Shown one piece after another: positions 23,715 through 37,046 of a stretch of 37,046 nt of DNA. The notes beneath the pieces were generated by a model. It was not told where the DNA came from. It ran no database searches and saw only the letters and a program-made list of their open reading frames with translations. Both the position numbers and the translations under genes were made by a program. Numbering within the stretch: the stretch's first letter is position 1; each line of letters opens with the position of its first letter. Origin of the DNA: Nemertoderma westbladi (lineage: Eukaryota; Animalia; Xenacoelomorpha). The stretch is from contig JAUCBJ010003838.1 of assembly GCA_032718475.1 (NCBI GenBank), positions 1 through 37,046 on the forward strand. Reading direction: 5' to 3'.

Positions 23715-24620
23715 ATAGGCTACATCTCCTGAACCTGTATGTATATTTAATTTATTCAGTTACTTAAAGTAATCAAGTTAATAAGGGGGGGGGGGGGGGG
23801 ATTTTTAAAATGTTTCAAATTTACTATGTTAAGCAGTCCAGGCAATGAACACGTTCGACAAAATTATTTTTTGACGCCCTCTAGCAGACAACACAGAAAA
23901 TATTTCATTTTTACAAAAAACGCTAAGTCGCGAGTCACTGGGTTTTAATCAAATATAATGAAAGTTAGTTTATCTTTTTCAAAATTTTTATGACTAACTG
24001 AAAAAATCTGCCTAATACATTTCGTCTGGGTCTATTATGTAACAAGGTTTCCAACAATAAATTGGAGAAATCCGTTAACAAATGGCGGAGGAATAGAAAT
24101 TTAAAAATTACAAATGGAATTTTCAGATTTGAAATTTAAATCTTTCCGCGCAAAACTGTCCGTCATTGTTCTGTCAATATGTAAAAATGATGATAAGGTT
24201 AATCATGCCTGGCAATAATAGAACTACAGAACCAAGCCACCTCGATTAAAATTGCATTACTGGTGTTTTCATGGTCGGTGATTTAATTTCTGATGTGAGT
24301 TTCCATGCTTGGCGGTCTGGCTGGCCAGTCTGTCCACTATTATTTTCATTGGGGTTTTTAGCTTTTAGGGAAGTTTATTTTATTTCTGGCGTCAGTTTTA
24401 ATGGTTGGTGGAATCTAAAAGAGCGAAAACTCGATAACTAAAAGAGAACTCGCTAAGACTATAGGCTTACAACAGCTTTATCACTCAGAAATAATTGAAA
24501 CTGTAACCTGTGCTATTGACTTTCGCATATTAGAATATGTAACGAACTCCTTTCCGAAAATCAATAATTGAACATCGAGTAGAGATATTAATACGCCGAG
24601 AAAGGATTTGCTTCCATGAC

Positions 24621-27600
24621 TTTCACTTACCCTTTTCCAAACAACACTATGCCATTCACTCACCCTTTTCCCAGCTACACTACTTCATTCACTCACCCTT
24701 TTCCCAGCTACACTACTTCATTCACTCACCCTTTTCCCAACAACACTACTTCATTCACTCACCCTTTCCCAGCTACACTACTTCATTCACTCACCCTTTC
24801 CCAGCTACACTACTTCATTCACTCACCCTTTTCCCAGCTACACTATGTCATTCACTCACCCTTTTCCCAGCTACACTACTTCATTCACTCACCCTTTTCC
24901 CAGCTACACTACTTCATTCACTCACCCTTTTCCCAGCTACACTATGTCATTCACTCACCCTTTTCCCAGCTACACTATGCCATTCACTCACCCTTTTCCC
25001 AACGACACTTGTCATTCACTCATCCTTTTCCCAGCTACACTATGCCATTCACTCATCCTTTTCCCAGCTACACTACTTCATTCACTCACCCTTTTCCCAA
25101 CTACACTACTTCATTCACTCACCCTTTTCCCAGCTACACTATGTCATTCACTCACCCTTTTCCCAACTACACTACTTCATTCACTCACCCTTTTCCCAGC
25201 TACACTACTTCATTCACTCACCCTTTTCCAAGCTACACTACTTCATTCACTCACCCTTTTCCCAGCTACACTATGTCATTCACTCACCCTTTTCCCAGCT
25301 ACACTATGCCATTCACTCACCCTTTTCCCAGCTACACTATGTCATTCACTCACCCTTTTCCCAGCTACACTATGCCATTCACTCACCCTTTTCCCAACAA
25401 CACTTGTCATTCACTCATCCTTTTCCCAGCTACACTATGCCATTCACTCATCCTTTTCCCAGCTACTCTACTTCATTCACTCACCCTTTTCCCAACTACA
25501 CTACTTCATTCACTCACCCTTTTCCCAGCTACACTATGTCATTCACTCACCCTTTTCCCAACTACACTACTTCATTCACTCACCCTTTTCCCAGCTACAC
25601 TACTTCATTCACTCACCCTTTTCCAAGCTACACTACTTCATTCACTCACCCTTTTCCCAGCTACACTATGTCATTCACTCACCCTTTTCCCAGCTACACT
25701 ATGCCATTCACTCACCCTTTTCCCAACAACACTTGTCATTCACTCATCCTTTTCCCAGCTACACTATGCCATTCACTCATCCTTTTCCCAGCTACACTAC
25801 TTCATTCACTCACCCTTTTCCCAACTACACTACTTCATTCACTCACCCTTTTCCCAGCTACACTACTTCATTCACTCACCCTTTTCCCAGCTACACTACT
25901 TCACTCACTCACCCTTTTCCCAGCTACACTTTGCCATTCACTTTCACTCAACAACCTTTTCCCAGCTACACTACTTAATTCACTCACCCTTTTCCCAGCT
26001 ACACTACTTCATTCACTCACCCTTTTCCCAACAACACTACTTCATTCACTCACCCGTTTCCCAGCTACACTACTTCATTCACTCACCCTTTTCCCAGCTA
26101 CACTACTTCACTCACTCACCCTTTTCCCAGCTACACTACTTCATTCACTCACCCTTTTCCCAGCCACACTACTTCATTCACTCACCCTTTTCCCAGCTAC
26201 ACTACTTCACTCACTCACCCTTTTCCCAGCTACACTACTTCATTCACTCACCCTTTTCCCAACAACACTACTTCATTCACTCACCCGTTTCCCAGCTACA
26301 CTACTTCACTCACTCACCCTTTTCCCAGCTACACTTTGCCATTCACTTTCACTCAACAACCTTTTCCCAGCTACACTACTTAATTCACTCACCCTTTTCC
26401 AAGCTACACTACTTCATTCACTCACCCTTTTCCCAACTACACTACTTCATTCACTCACCCTTTTCCCAACAACACTACTTCATTCACTCAACCTTTTCCC
26501 AGCTACACTGAGTCATTCACTCACCCTTTTCCCAGCTACACTATGTCATTCACTCACCCTTTACCCAGCTACACTACTTCATTCACTCACCCTTTTCCCA
26601 GCTACACTACTTCACTCACTCACCCTTTTCCCAGCTACACTACTTCATTCACTCACCCTTTTCCCAGCCACACTACTTCATTCACTCACCCTTTTCCCAG
26701 CTACACTACTTCACTCACTCACCCTTTTCCCAACAACACTACTTCATTCACTCACCCGTTTCCCAGCTACACTACTTCATTCACTCACCCTATTCCCAGC
26801 TACACTACTTCATTCACTCACCCTTTTCCCAGCCACACTACTTCATTCACTCACCCTTTTCCCAGCTACACTACTTCACTCACTCACCCTTTTCCCAGCT
26901 ACACTACTTCATTCACTCACCCGTTTCCCAGCTACACTACTTCATTCACTCACCCTTTTCCCAGCTACACTACTTCATTCACTCACCCTTTTCCCAGCTA
27001 CACTACTTCATTCACTCACCCGTTTCCCAGCTACACTATGTCATTCACTCACCCTTTTCCCAGCTACACTATGCCATTCACTCACCCTTTTCCCAACAAC
27101 ACTTGTCATTCACTCATCCTTTTCCCAGCTACACTATGCCATTCACTCATCCTTTTCCCAGCTACACTACTTCATTCACTCACCCTTTTCCCAACTACAC
27201 TACTTCACTCACTCACCCTTTTCCCAGCTACACTTTGCCATTCACTTTCACTCAACAACCTTTTCCCAGCTACACTACTTAATTCACTCACCCTTTTCCA
27301 AGCTACACTACTTCATTCACTCACCCTTTTCCCAACTACACTATGCCATTCACTCACCCTTTTCCCAACAACACTACTTCATTCACTCACCCGTTTCCCA
27401 GCTACACTACTTCATTCACTCACCCTTTTCCCAGCTACACTACTTCACTCACTCACCCTTTTCCCAGCTACACTACTTCATTCACTCACCCTTTTCCCAG
27501 CTACACTACTTCATTCACTCACCCTTTTCCCAGCTACACTACTTCACTCACTCACCCTTTTCCCAGCTACACTACTTCATTCACTCACCCTTTTCCCAAC

Positions 27601-30600
27601 AACACTACTTCATTCACTCACCCGTTTCCCAGCTACACTACTTCATTCACTCACCCTATTCCCAGCTACACTACTTCATGTCATTCACTCACCCTTTTCC
27701 CAGCTACACTACTTCATTCACTCACCCTTTTCCCAGCTACACTACTTCACTCACTCACCCTTTTCCCAGCTACACTACTTCATTCACTCACCCGTTTCCC
27801 AGCTACACTACTTCATTCACTCACCCTTTTCCCAACTACACTACTTCATTCACTCACCCTTTTCCCAGCCACACTACTTCATTCACTCACCCTTTTCCCA
27901 GCCACACTACTTCATTCACTCACCCTTTTCCCAGCTACACTACTTCACTCACTCACCCTTTTCCCAGCTACACTACTTCATTCACTCACCCGTTTCCCAG
28001 CTACACTACTTCATTCACTCACCCTTTTCCCAACAACACTACTTCATTCACTCACCCGTTTCCCAGCTACACTACTTCATTCACTCACCCTATTCCCAGC
28101 TACACTACTTCATTCACTCACCCGTTTCCCAGCTACACAACTTCATTCACTCACCCTTTTCCCAACAACACTACTTCATTCACTCACCCTTTTCCCAGCC
28201 ACACTACTTCATTCACTCACCCTTTTCCCAGCTACACTACTTCACTCACTCACCCTTTTCCCAGCTACACTACTTCATTCACTCACCCGTTTCCCAGCTA
28301 CACTACTTCATTCACTCACCCTTTTCCCAACAACACTACTTCATTCACTCACCCGTTTCCCAGCTACACTACTTCATTCACTCACCCTATTCCCAGCTAC
28401 ACTACTTCATTCACTCACCCGTTTCCCAGCTACACTACTTCATTCACTCACCCTATTCCCAGCTACACTACTTCATTCACTCACCCGTTTCCCAGCTACA
28501 CTACTTCATTCACTCACCCGTTTCCCAGCTACACTACTTCATTCACTCACCCTTTTCCCAACAACACTACTTCATTCACTCACCCGTTTCCCAGCTACAC
28601 TACTTCATTCACTCACCCTATTCCCAGCTACACTACTTCATTGTCATTCACTCACCCTTTTCCCAGCCACACTACTTCATTCACTCACCCTTTTCCCAGC
28701 TACACTACTTCACTCACTCACCCTTTTCCCAGCTACACTACTTCATTCACTCACCCGTTTCCCAGCTACACTACTTCATTCACTCACCCTTTTCCCAACT
28801 ACACTACTTAATTCACTCACCCTTTTCCCAGCTACACTACTTCACTCACTCACCCTTTTCCCAGCTACACTACTTCACTCACTCACCCTTTTCCCAGCTA
28901 CACTACTTCATTCACTCACCCGTTTCCCAGCTACACTACTTCATTCACTCACCCTTTTCCAAGCTACACTACTTCATTCACTCACCCTTTTCCCAGCTAC
29001 ACTATATGTCATTCACTCACCCTATTCCCAGCTACACTACTTCATTCACTCACCCTTTTCCCAGCTACACTACTTCATTCACTCACCCGTTTCCCAGCTA
29101 CACTACTTCACTCACTCACCCTTTTCCCAGCTACACTACTTCATTCACTCACCCGTTTCCCAGCTACACTACTTCATTCACTCACCCTTTTCCCAACTAC
29201 ACTACTTCATTCACTCACCCTTTTCCCAGCTACACCACTTCATTCACTCACCCTATTCCCAGCTACACTACTTAATTCACTCACCCTTTTCCCAGCTACA
29301 CTACTTCACTCACTCACCCTTTTCCCAGCTACACTACTTCACTCACTCACCCTTTTCCCAGCTACACTACTTCATTCACTCACCCGTTTCCCAGCTACAC
29401 TACTTCATTCACTCACCCTTTTCCCAGCTACACTACTTCACTCACTCACCCTTTTCCCAGCTACACTACTTCACTCACTCACCCTTTTCCCAGCTACACT
29501 ACTTAATTCACTCACCCTTTTCCCAGCTACACTACTTCACTCACTCACCCTTTTCCCAGCTACACTACTTCATTCACTCACCCGTTTCCCAGCTACACTA
29601 CTTCATTCACTCACCCTTTTCCCAACTACACTACTTCACTCACTCACCCTTTTCCCAGCTACACTACTTAATTCACTCACCCTTTTCCCAGCTACACTAC
29701 TTCACTCACTCACCCTTTTCCCAGCTACACTACTTCATTCACTCACCCGTTTCCCAGCTACACTACTTCATTCACTCACCCTTTTCCCAACTACACTACT
29801 TCATTCACTCACCCTTTTCCCAGCCACACTACTTCATTCACTCACCCTTTTCCCAGCCACACTACTTCATTCACTCACCCTTTTCCCAGCTACACTACTT
29901 CACTCACTCACCCTTTTCCCAGCTACACTACTTCATTCACTCACCCGTTTCCCAGCTACACTACTTCATTCACTCACCCTTTTCCCAACTACACTACTTC
30001 ATTCACTCACCCTTTTCCCAGCTACACCACTTCATTCACTCACCCTATTCCCAGCTACACTACTTAATTCACTCACCCTTTTCCCAGCTACACTACTTCA
30101 CTCACTCACCCTTTTCCCAGCTACACTACTTCACTCACTCACCCTTTTCCCAGCTACACTACTTCATTCACTCACCCGTTTCCCAGCTACACTACTTCAT
30201 TCACTCACCCTTTTCCAAGCTACACTACTTCATTCACTCACCCTTTTCCCAGCTACACTATATGTCATTCACTCACCCTATTCCCAGCTACACTACTTCA
30301 TTCACTCACCCTTTTCCCAGCTACACTACTTCATTCACTCACCCGTTTCCCAGCTACACTACTTCACTCACTCACCCTTTTCCCAGCTACACTACTTCAT
30401 TCACTCACCCGTTTCCCAGCTACACTACTTCATTCACTCACCCTTTTCCCAACTACACTACTTCATTCACTCACCCTTTTCCCAGCTACACCACTTCATT
30501 CACTCACCCTATTCCCAGCTACACTACTTAATTCACTCACCCTTTTCCCAGCTACACTACTTCACTCACTCACCCTTTTCCCAGCTACACTACTTCACTC

Positions 30601-33600
30601 ACTCACCCTTTTCCCAGCTACACTACTTCATTCACTCACCCGTTTCCCAGCTACACTACTTCATTCACTCACCCTTTTCCAAGCTACACTACTTCATTCA
30701 CTCACCCTTTTCCCAGCTACACTATATGTCATTCACTCACCCTATTCCCAGCTACACTACTTCATTCACTCACCCTTTTCCCAGCTACACTACTTCATTC
30801 ACTCAACCTTTTCCCAGCTACACTACTTCATTCACTCACCCTTTTCCCAGCTACACTACTTCATTCACTCACCCTTTTCCCAACTACACTATGTCATTCA
30901 CTCACCCTTTTCCAGCTACACTACTTCACTCACTCACCCTTTTCCCAGCTACACTACTTCATTCACTCACCCTTTTCCCAACAACACTACTTCATTCACT
31001 CACCCTATTCCCAGCTACACTACTTCACTCACTCACGCTTTTCCCAGCTACACTTTGCCATTCACTTTCACTCAACCTTTTCCCAGCTACACTACTTAAT
31101 TCACTCACCCTATTCCAAGCTACACTACTTCATTCACTCACCCTATCCCAGCTACACTACTTCACTCACTCACCCTTTTCCCAGCTACACTACTTAATTC
31201 ACTCACCCTTTTCCAAGCTACACTACTTCATTCACTCACCCTTTTCCCAACAACACTACTTCATTCACTCACCCGTTTCCCAGCTACACTACTTCACTCA
31301 CTCACCCTTTTTCCAGCTACACTACTTCATTCACTCACCCTTTTCCCAACAACACTACTTCATTCACTCACCCTATTCCCAGCTACACTACTTCACTCAC
31401 TCACCCTTTTCCCAGCTACACTTTGCCATTCACTTTCACTCAACCTTTTCCCAGCTACACTACTTAATTCACTCACCCTATTCCAAGCTACACTACTTCA
31501 TTCACTCACCCTATCCCAGCTACACTACTTCACTCACTCACCCTTTTCCCAGCTACACTACTTAATTCACTCACCCTTTTCCAAGCTACACTACTTCATT
31601 CACTCACCCTTTTCCCAACAACACTACTTCATTCACTCACCCGTTTCCCAGCTACACTACTTCACTCACTCACCCTTTTCCCAGCTACACTTTGCCATTC
31701 ACTTTCACTCAACCTTTTCCCAGCTACACTACTTCATTCACTCACCCTTTTCCAAGCTACACTATGCCATTCACTCACCCTTTTCCCAACAACACTATGC
31801 CATTCACTCATCCTTTTCCCAGCTACACTACTTCATTCACTCACCCTTTTCCCAGCTACACTATACTTCACTCACTCACCCTTTTCCCAGCTACACTTTG
31901 CCATTCACTTTCACTCAACAACCTTTTCCCAGCTACACTACTTAATTCACTCACCCTTTTCCAAGCTACACTACTTCATTCACTCACCCTTTTCCCAGCT
32001 ACACTACTTCATTCACTCACCCTTTTCCCAACTACACTACTTCATTCACTCACCCTTTTCCCAACTACACTACTTCATTCACTCACCCTTTTCCCAGCTA
32101 CACTACTTCATTCACTCACCCTTTTCCCAACTACACTACTTCATTCACTCACCCTTTTCCCAGCTACACTTTGCCATTCACTTTCACTCAACAACCTTTT
32201 CCCAGCTACACTACTTAATTCACTCACCCTTTTCCCAGCTACACTACTTCATTCACTCACCCTTTTCCCAGCTACACTACTTCATTCACTCACCCTTTTC
32301 CCAACTACACTACTTCATTCACTCACCCTTTTCCCAACTACACTATGTTATTCACTCACCCTTTTCCCAGCTACACTACTTCATTCACTCACCCTTTTCC
32401 CAACTACACTACTTCATTCACTCACCCTTTTCCCAGCTACACTTTGCCATTCACTTTCACTCAACAACCTTTTCCCAGCTACACTACTTAATTCACTCAC
32501 CCTTTTCCAAGCTAAACTACTTCATTCACTCACCCTTTTCCCAGCTACACTAAGTCATTCACTCACCCTTTTCCCAACAACACTACTTCATTCACTCACC
32601 CGTTTCCCAGCTACACTACTTCATTCACTCACCCTTTTCCAAGCTACACTACTTCATTCACTCACCCTTTTCCCAACTACACTACTTCACTCACTCACCC
32701 TTTTCCCAGCTACACTAATTCATTCACTCACCCTTTTCCCAGCTACACTACTTCATTCACTCACCCGTTTCCCAGCTACACTACTTCATTCACTCACCCT
32801 TTTCCAAGCTACACTACTTCATTCACTCACCCTTTTCCCAACTACACTACTTCACTCACTCACCCTTTTCCCAGCTACACTTTGCCATTCACTTTCACTC
32901 AACCTTTTCCCAGCTACACTACTTAATTCACTCACCCTATTCCCAGCTACACTACTTCATTCACTCACCCTTTTCCCAGCTACACTACTTCATTCACTCA
33001 CCCGTTTCCCAGCTACACTACTTCATTCACTCACCCTTTTCCCAGCTACACTACTTCATTCACTCACCCTTTTCCCAGCTACACTATGTCATTCACTCAC
33101 CCTTTTCCCAGCTACACTACTTCATTCACTCACCCTTTCCCAGCTACACTACTTCATTCACTCACCCGTTTCCCAGCTACACTACTTCACTCACTCACCC
33201 TTTTCCCAGCTACACTTTGCCATTCACTTTCACTCAACCTTTTCCCAGCTACACTACTTAATTCACTCACCCTATTCCCAGCTACACTACTTAATTCACT
33301 CACCCTTTTCCCAGCTACACTACTTCATTCACTTACCCTTTTCCCAGCTACACTACTTCACTCACTCACCCTTTTCCCAGCTACACTATGTCATTCACTC
33401 ACCCTTTTCCCAGCTACACTATGCCATTCACTTTCACTCAACCTTTTCCCAGCTACACTACTTCATTCACTCACCCTTTTCCCAGCTACACTATGCCATT
33501 CACTCACCCTTTCCCAGCTACACTATGTCATTCACTCACCCTTTTCCCAGCTACACTATGCCATTCACTTTCACTCAACCTTTTCCCAGCTACACTACTT

Positions 33601-36600
33601 CATTCACTCACCCTTTTCCCAGCTACACTATGCCATTCACTCACCCTTTTCCCAGCTACACTATGCCATTCACTCACCCTTTTCCCAGCTACACTACTTC
33701 ATTCACTTACCCTTTTCCAAGCTACACTATGCCATTCACTCACCCTTTTCCCAGCTACACTACTTCATTCACTCACCCTTTCCCAGCTACACTGTCATTC
33801 ACTCACCCTTTTCCCAGCTACACTACTTCATTCACTCACCCTTTTCCCAGCTACACTACTTCATTCACTCACCCTTTTCCCAGCTACACTATGCCATTCA
33901 CTCACCCTTTTCCCAGCTACACTATGCCATTCACTCACCCTTTTCCCAGCTACACTACTTCATTCACTTACCCTTTTCCAAGCTACACTATGCCATTCAC
34001 TCACCCTTTTCCCAGCTACACTATGCCATTCACTCACCCTTTTCCCAGCTACACTACTTCATTCACTCACCCTTTTCCCAGCTACACTGTCATTCACTCA
34101 CCCTTTTCCCAGCTACACTATGCCATTCACTTTCACTCAACCTTTTCCCAGCTACACTACTTCACTCACTCACCCTTTCCCCAGCTACACTATGCCATTC
34201 ACTCACCCTTTTCCCAGCTACACTATGCCATTCACTCACCCTTTTCCCAGCTACACTACTTCATTCACTTACCCTTTTCCCAGCTACACTATGCCATTCA
34301 CTCACCCTTTTCCCAGCTACACTATGCCATTCACTCACCCTTTTCCCAGCTACACTACTTCATTCACTCACCCTTTCCCAGCTACACTATGTCATTCACT
34401 CACCCTTTTCCCAGCTACACTATGCCATTCACTTTCACTCAACCTTTTCCCAGCTACACTACTTCACTCACTCACCCTTTCCCCAGCTACACTATGCCAT
34501 TCACTCACCCTTTTCCCAGCTACACTATGCCATTCACTCACCCCTTTCCCAGCTACACTACTTCATTCACTTACCCTTTTCCAAGCTACACTATGCCATT
34601 CACTCACCCTTTTCCCAGCTACACTATGCCATTCACTCACCCTTTTCCCAGCTACACTACTTCATTCACTCACCCTATTCCCAGTTACACTACTTCATTC
34701 ACTCACCCTTTTCCCAGCTACACTATGCCATTCACTCACCCTTTTCCCAGCCACACTATGCCATTCACTCACCCTTTTCCCAGCTACACTATGTCATTCA
34801 CTCACCCTTTTCCCAGCTACACTACTTCATTCACTCACCCTTTTCCCAGCTACACTAAGTCATTCACTCACCCTTTTCCCAGCTACACTATGTCATTCAC
34901 TCACCCTATTCCCAGCTACACTACTTCATTCACTCACCCTTTTCCCAGCTACACTATATGTCATTCACTCACCCTATTCCCAGCTACACTACTTCATTCA
35001 CTCACCCTTTTCCCAGCTACACTATGCCATTCACTCACCCTTTTCCCAGCTACACTACTTCATTCACTCACCCTTTTCCCAGCTACACTACTTCATTCAC
35101 TCACCCTTTTCCCAGCTACACTATATGTCATTCACTCACCCTATTCCCAGCTACACTACTTCATTCACTCACCCTTTTCCCAGCTACACTACTTCATTCA
35201 CTCACCCTTTTCCCAGCTACACTACTGTCATTCACTCACCCTATTCCCAGCTACACTACTTCATTCACTCACCCTTTTCCCAGCTACACTATGTCATTCA
35301 CTCACCCTTTTCCCAGCTACACTACTTCATTCACTCACCCTTTTCCCAGCTACACTACTTCATTCACTCACCCTTTTCCGAGCTACACTATGCCATTCAC
35401 ACATCCTTTTCCCAGCTACACTACTTCATTCACTCACCCTTTTCCCAGCTACACTACTTCATTCACTCACCCTTTTCCCAGCTACACTACTTCATTCACT
35501 CACCCTTTTCCCAGCTACACTATGTCATTCACTCACCCTATTCCCAGCTACACTACTTCATTCACTCACCCTTTTCCCAGCTACACTACTTCATTCACTC
35601 ACCCTTTTCCCAGCTACACTACTTCATTCACTCACCCTTTTCCCAGCTACACTACGTCATTCACTCACCCTTTTCCCAGCTACACTAAGTCATTCACTCA
35701 CCCTTTTCCCAGCTACACTATGTCATTCACTCACCCTATTCCCAGCTACACTACTTCATTCACTCACCCTTTTCCCAGCTACACTATGCCATTCACTCAC
35801 CCTTTTCCCAGCCACACTATGCCATTCACTCACCCTTTTCCCAGCTACACTATGTCATTCACTCACCCTATTCCCAGCTACACTATACTTCATTCACTCA
35901 CCCTTTTCCCAGCTACACTATGTCATTCACTCACCCCTTTCCCAGCTACACTACTTCATTCACACACCCTTTTCCCAGCTACACTACTGTCATTCACTCA
36001 CCCTTTTCCCAGCTACACTACTTCATTCACTCATCCTTTTCCCAGCTACACTATGCCATTCACTCACCCTTTTCCCAGCTACACTATGTCATTCACTCAC
36101 CCTTTTCCCAGCTACACTACTTCATTCACTCACCCTTTTCCCAGCTACACTATGTCATTCACTCACCCTATTCCCAGCTACACTATACTTCATTCACTCA
36201 CCCTTTTCCCAGCTACACTATGTCATTCACTCACCCTTTTCCGAGCTACACTATGCCATTCACTCACCCTTTTCCCAGCTACACTGTCATTCACTCACCC
36301 CTTTCCCAGCTACACTACTTCATTCACTCGCCCTTTTCCCAGCTACACTATGTCATTCACTCACCCTTTTCCCAGCTACACTATATGTCATTCACTCACC
36401 CTTTTCCCAGCTACACTACTTCATTCACTCACCCCTTTCCCAGCTACACTACTTCATTCACTCACCCTTTTCCCAGCTACACTAATGTCATTCACTCACC
36501 CTTTTCCCAGCTACACTACTTCATTCACTCACCCTTTTCCCAGCTTACACTAATGTCATTCACTCACCCTTTTCCCAGCTACACTATGCCATTCACTCAC

Positions 36601-36862
36601 CCTTTTCCCAGCTACACTATATGTCATTCACTCACCCTTTTCCCAGCTACACTACTTCCTTCACTCTACCCTATTTCCCAGCTACACTATGCCATTCACT
36701 TTCACTCAACCCTTTTCCCAGCTACACTACTGTCATTCACTCACCCTTTCCCAGCTACACTAAGTCATTCACTCACCCTTTTCCCAGCTACACTATGCCA
36801 TTCACTCACCCTTTTCCCAGCTACACTATGTCATTCACTCACCCTTTTCCCAGCTACACTAT
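24621..36862. repeat. 33-bp tandem satellite, ~12.2 kb, roughly 370 units
   Basis: Consensus CATTCACTCACCCTTTTCCCAGCTACACTACTT with recurring variants (TATGC/TATGT, CCCGTTT, CCCTATT, +TTTCA insertion). The 11-aa periodicity of the ORF track confirms the period. Confidence 0.99.
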
Positions 36863-36961
36863 CTGTATGTATGTCTTTCACTCTTTTAAACTCTTTCTTC
36901 TTGTCTTTTAACCTTTCTTCCTCTTTCAGCAATTCTTCTTCGTAGGCTCTCAGTTCTTCCT
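36843..36961 (-). CDS. Internal coding exon (119 nt) of an unidentified host gene; charged coiled-coil-like peptide
   Basis: Minus strand reads tttttatttttaattacttag|AG-GAA-GAA-CTG...GCT-GGG-AAA-AGG|gtgagt. Open frame EELRAYEEELLKEEERLKDKKKEFKRVKDIHTDSVAGKR. Purine-rich, with a canonical acceptor and donor. Confidence 0.8.
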
Positions 36962-37046
36962 CTAAGTAATTAAAAATAAAAATATTGATGTAATACTAAT
37001 AGGCAAAGCGAGGTACGTCAAAACTTTAGGTTTTTGCCCACAAATT

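Noticed and set aside
23828-24215. Possible TTAA-flanked DNA element and CTCF-like motif (gacgccctctagcag)
   Set aside because: The inverted match (ccaggca/tgcctgg) is too short, there is no TSD, and the motif match is weak.
24621-36862. CRISPR array or telomeric repeat
   Set aside because: No unique spacers and no cas genes; the array is flanked by unique sequence on both sides and derives from an exon junction.
24616-36945. Very long + strand ORFs (up to 1597 aa; FTHPFPSYTTS / HSLTLFPATLL / IHSPFSQLHYF)
   Set aside because: Artefact of a 33-bp monomer lacking stops in all three + frames; frames switch at indels with no sign of coding constraint.

Overview
AT-rich eukaryotic (probably invertebrate animal) genomic DNA; no prokaryotic operon, rRNA, intact tRNA or CRISPR array is evident. 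Bases 1-24.6 kb are mostly transposon remnants: a nested 2.45-kb palindrome, a degraded Merlin (IS1595/ISXO2-like) transposase, RTE-clade LINE fragments (one with an 8-bp TSD that splits an ORF), a hAT fragment, a MITE, a decayed TBP-like ORF, a 2-kb duplicated dead two-gene element, and an uninterrupted Penelope-like RT/GIY-YIG ORF. There is also one intact intronless gene for a Cys-rich, probably GPI-anchored protein. Bases 24.6-36.86 kb are a 33-bp tandem array of roughly 370 units. The main observation is that the array monomer is a copy of the exon/intron junction of a minus-strand coding exon (36961-36843, ...DSVAGKR|GTGAGT). The intron therefore starts with about 370 tandem copies of its own 5' splice site, with an in-frame stop directly after the first donor. 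All family calls are by eye from motifs; no searches were run.
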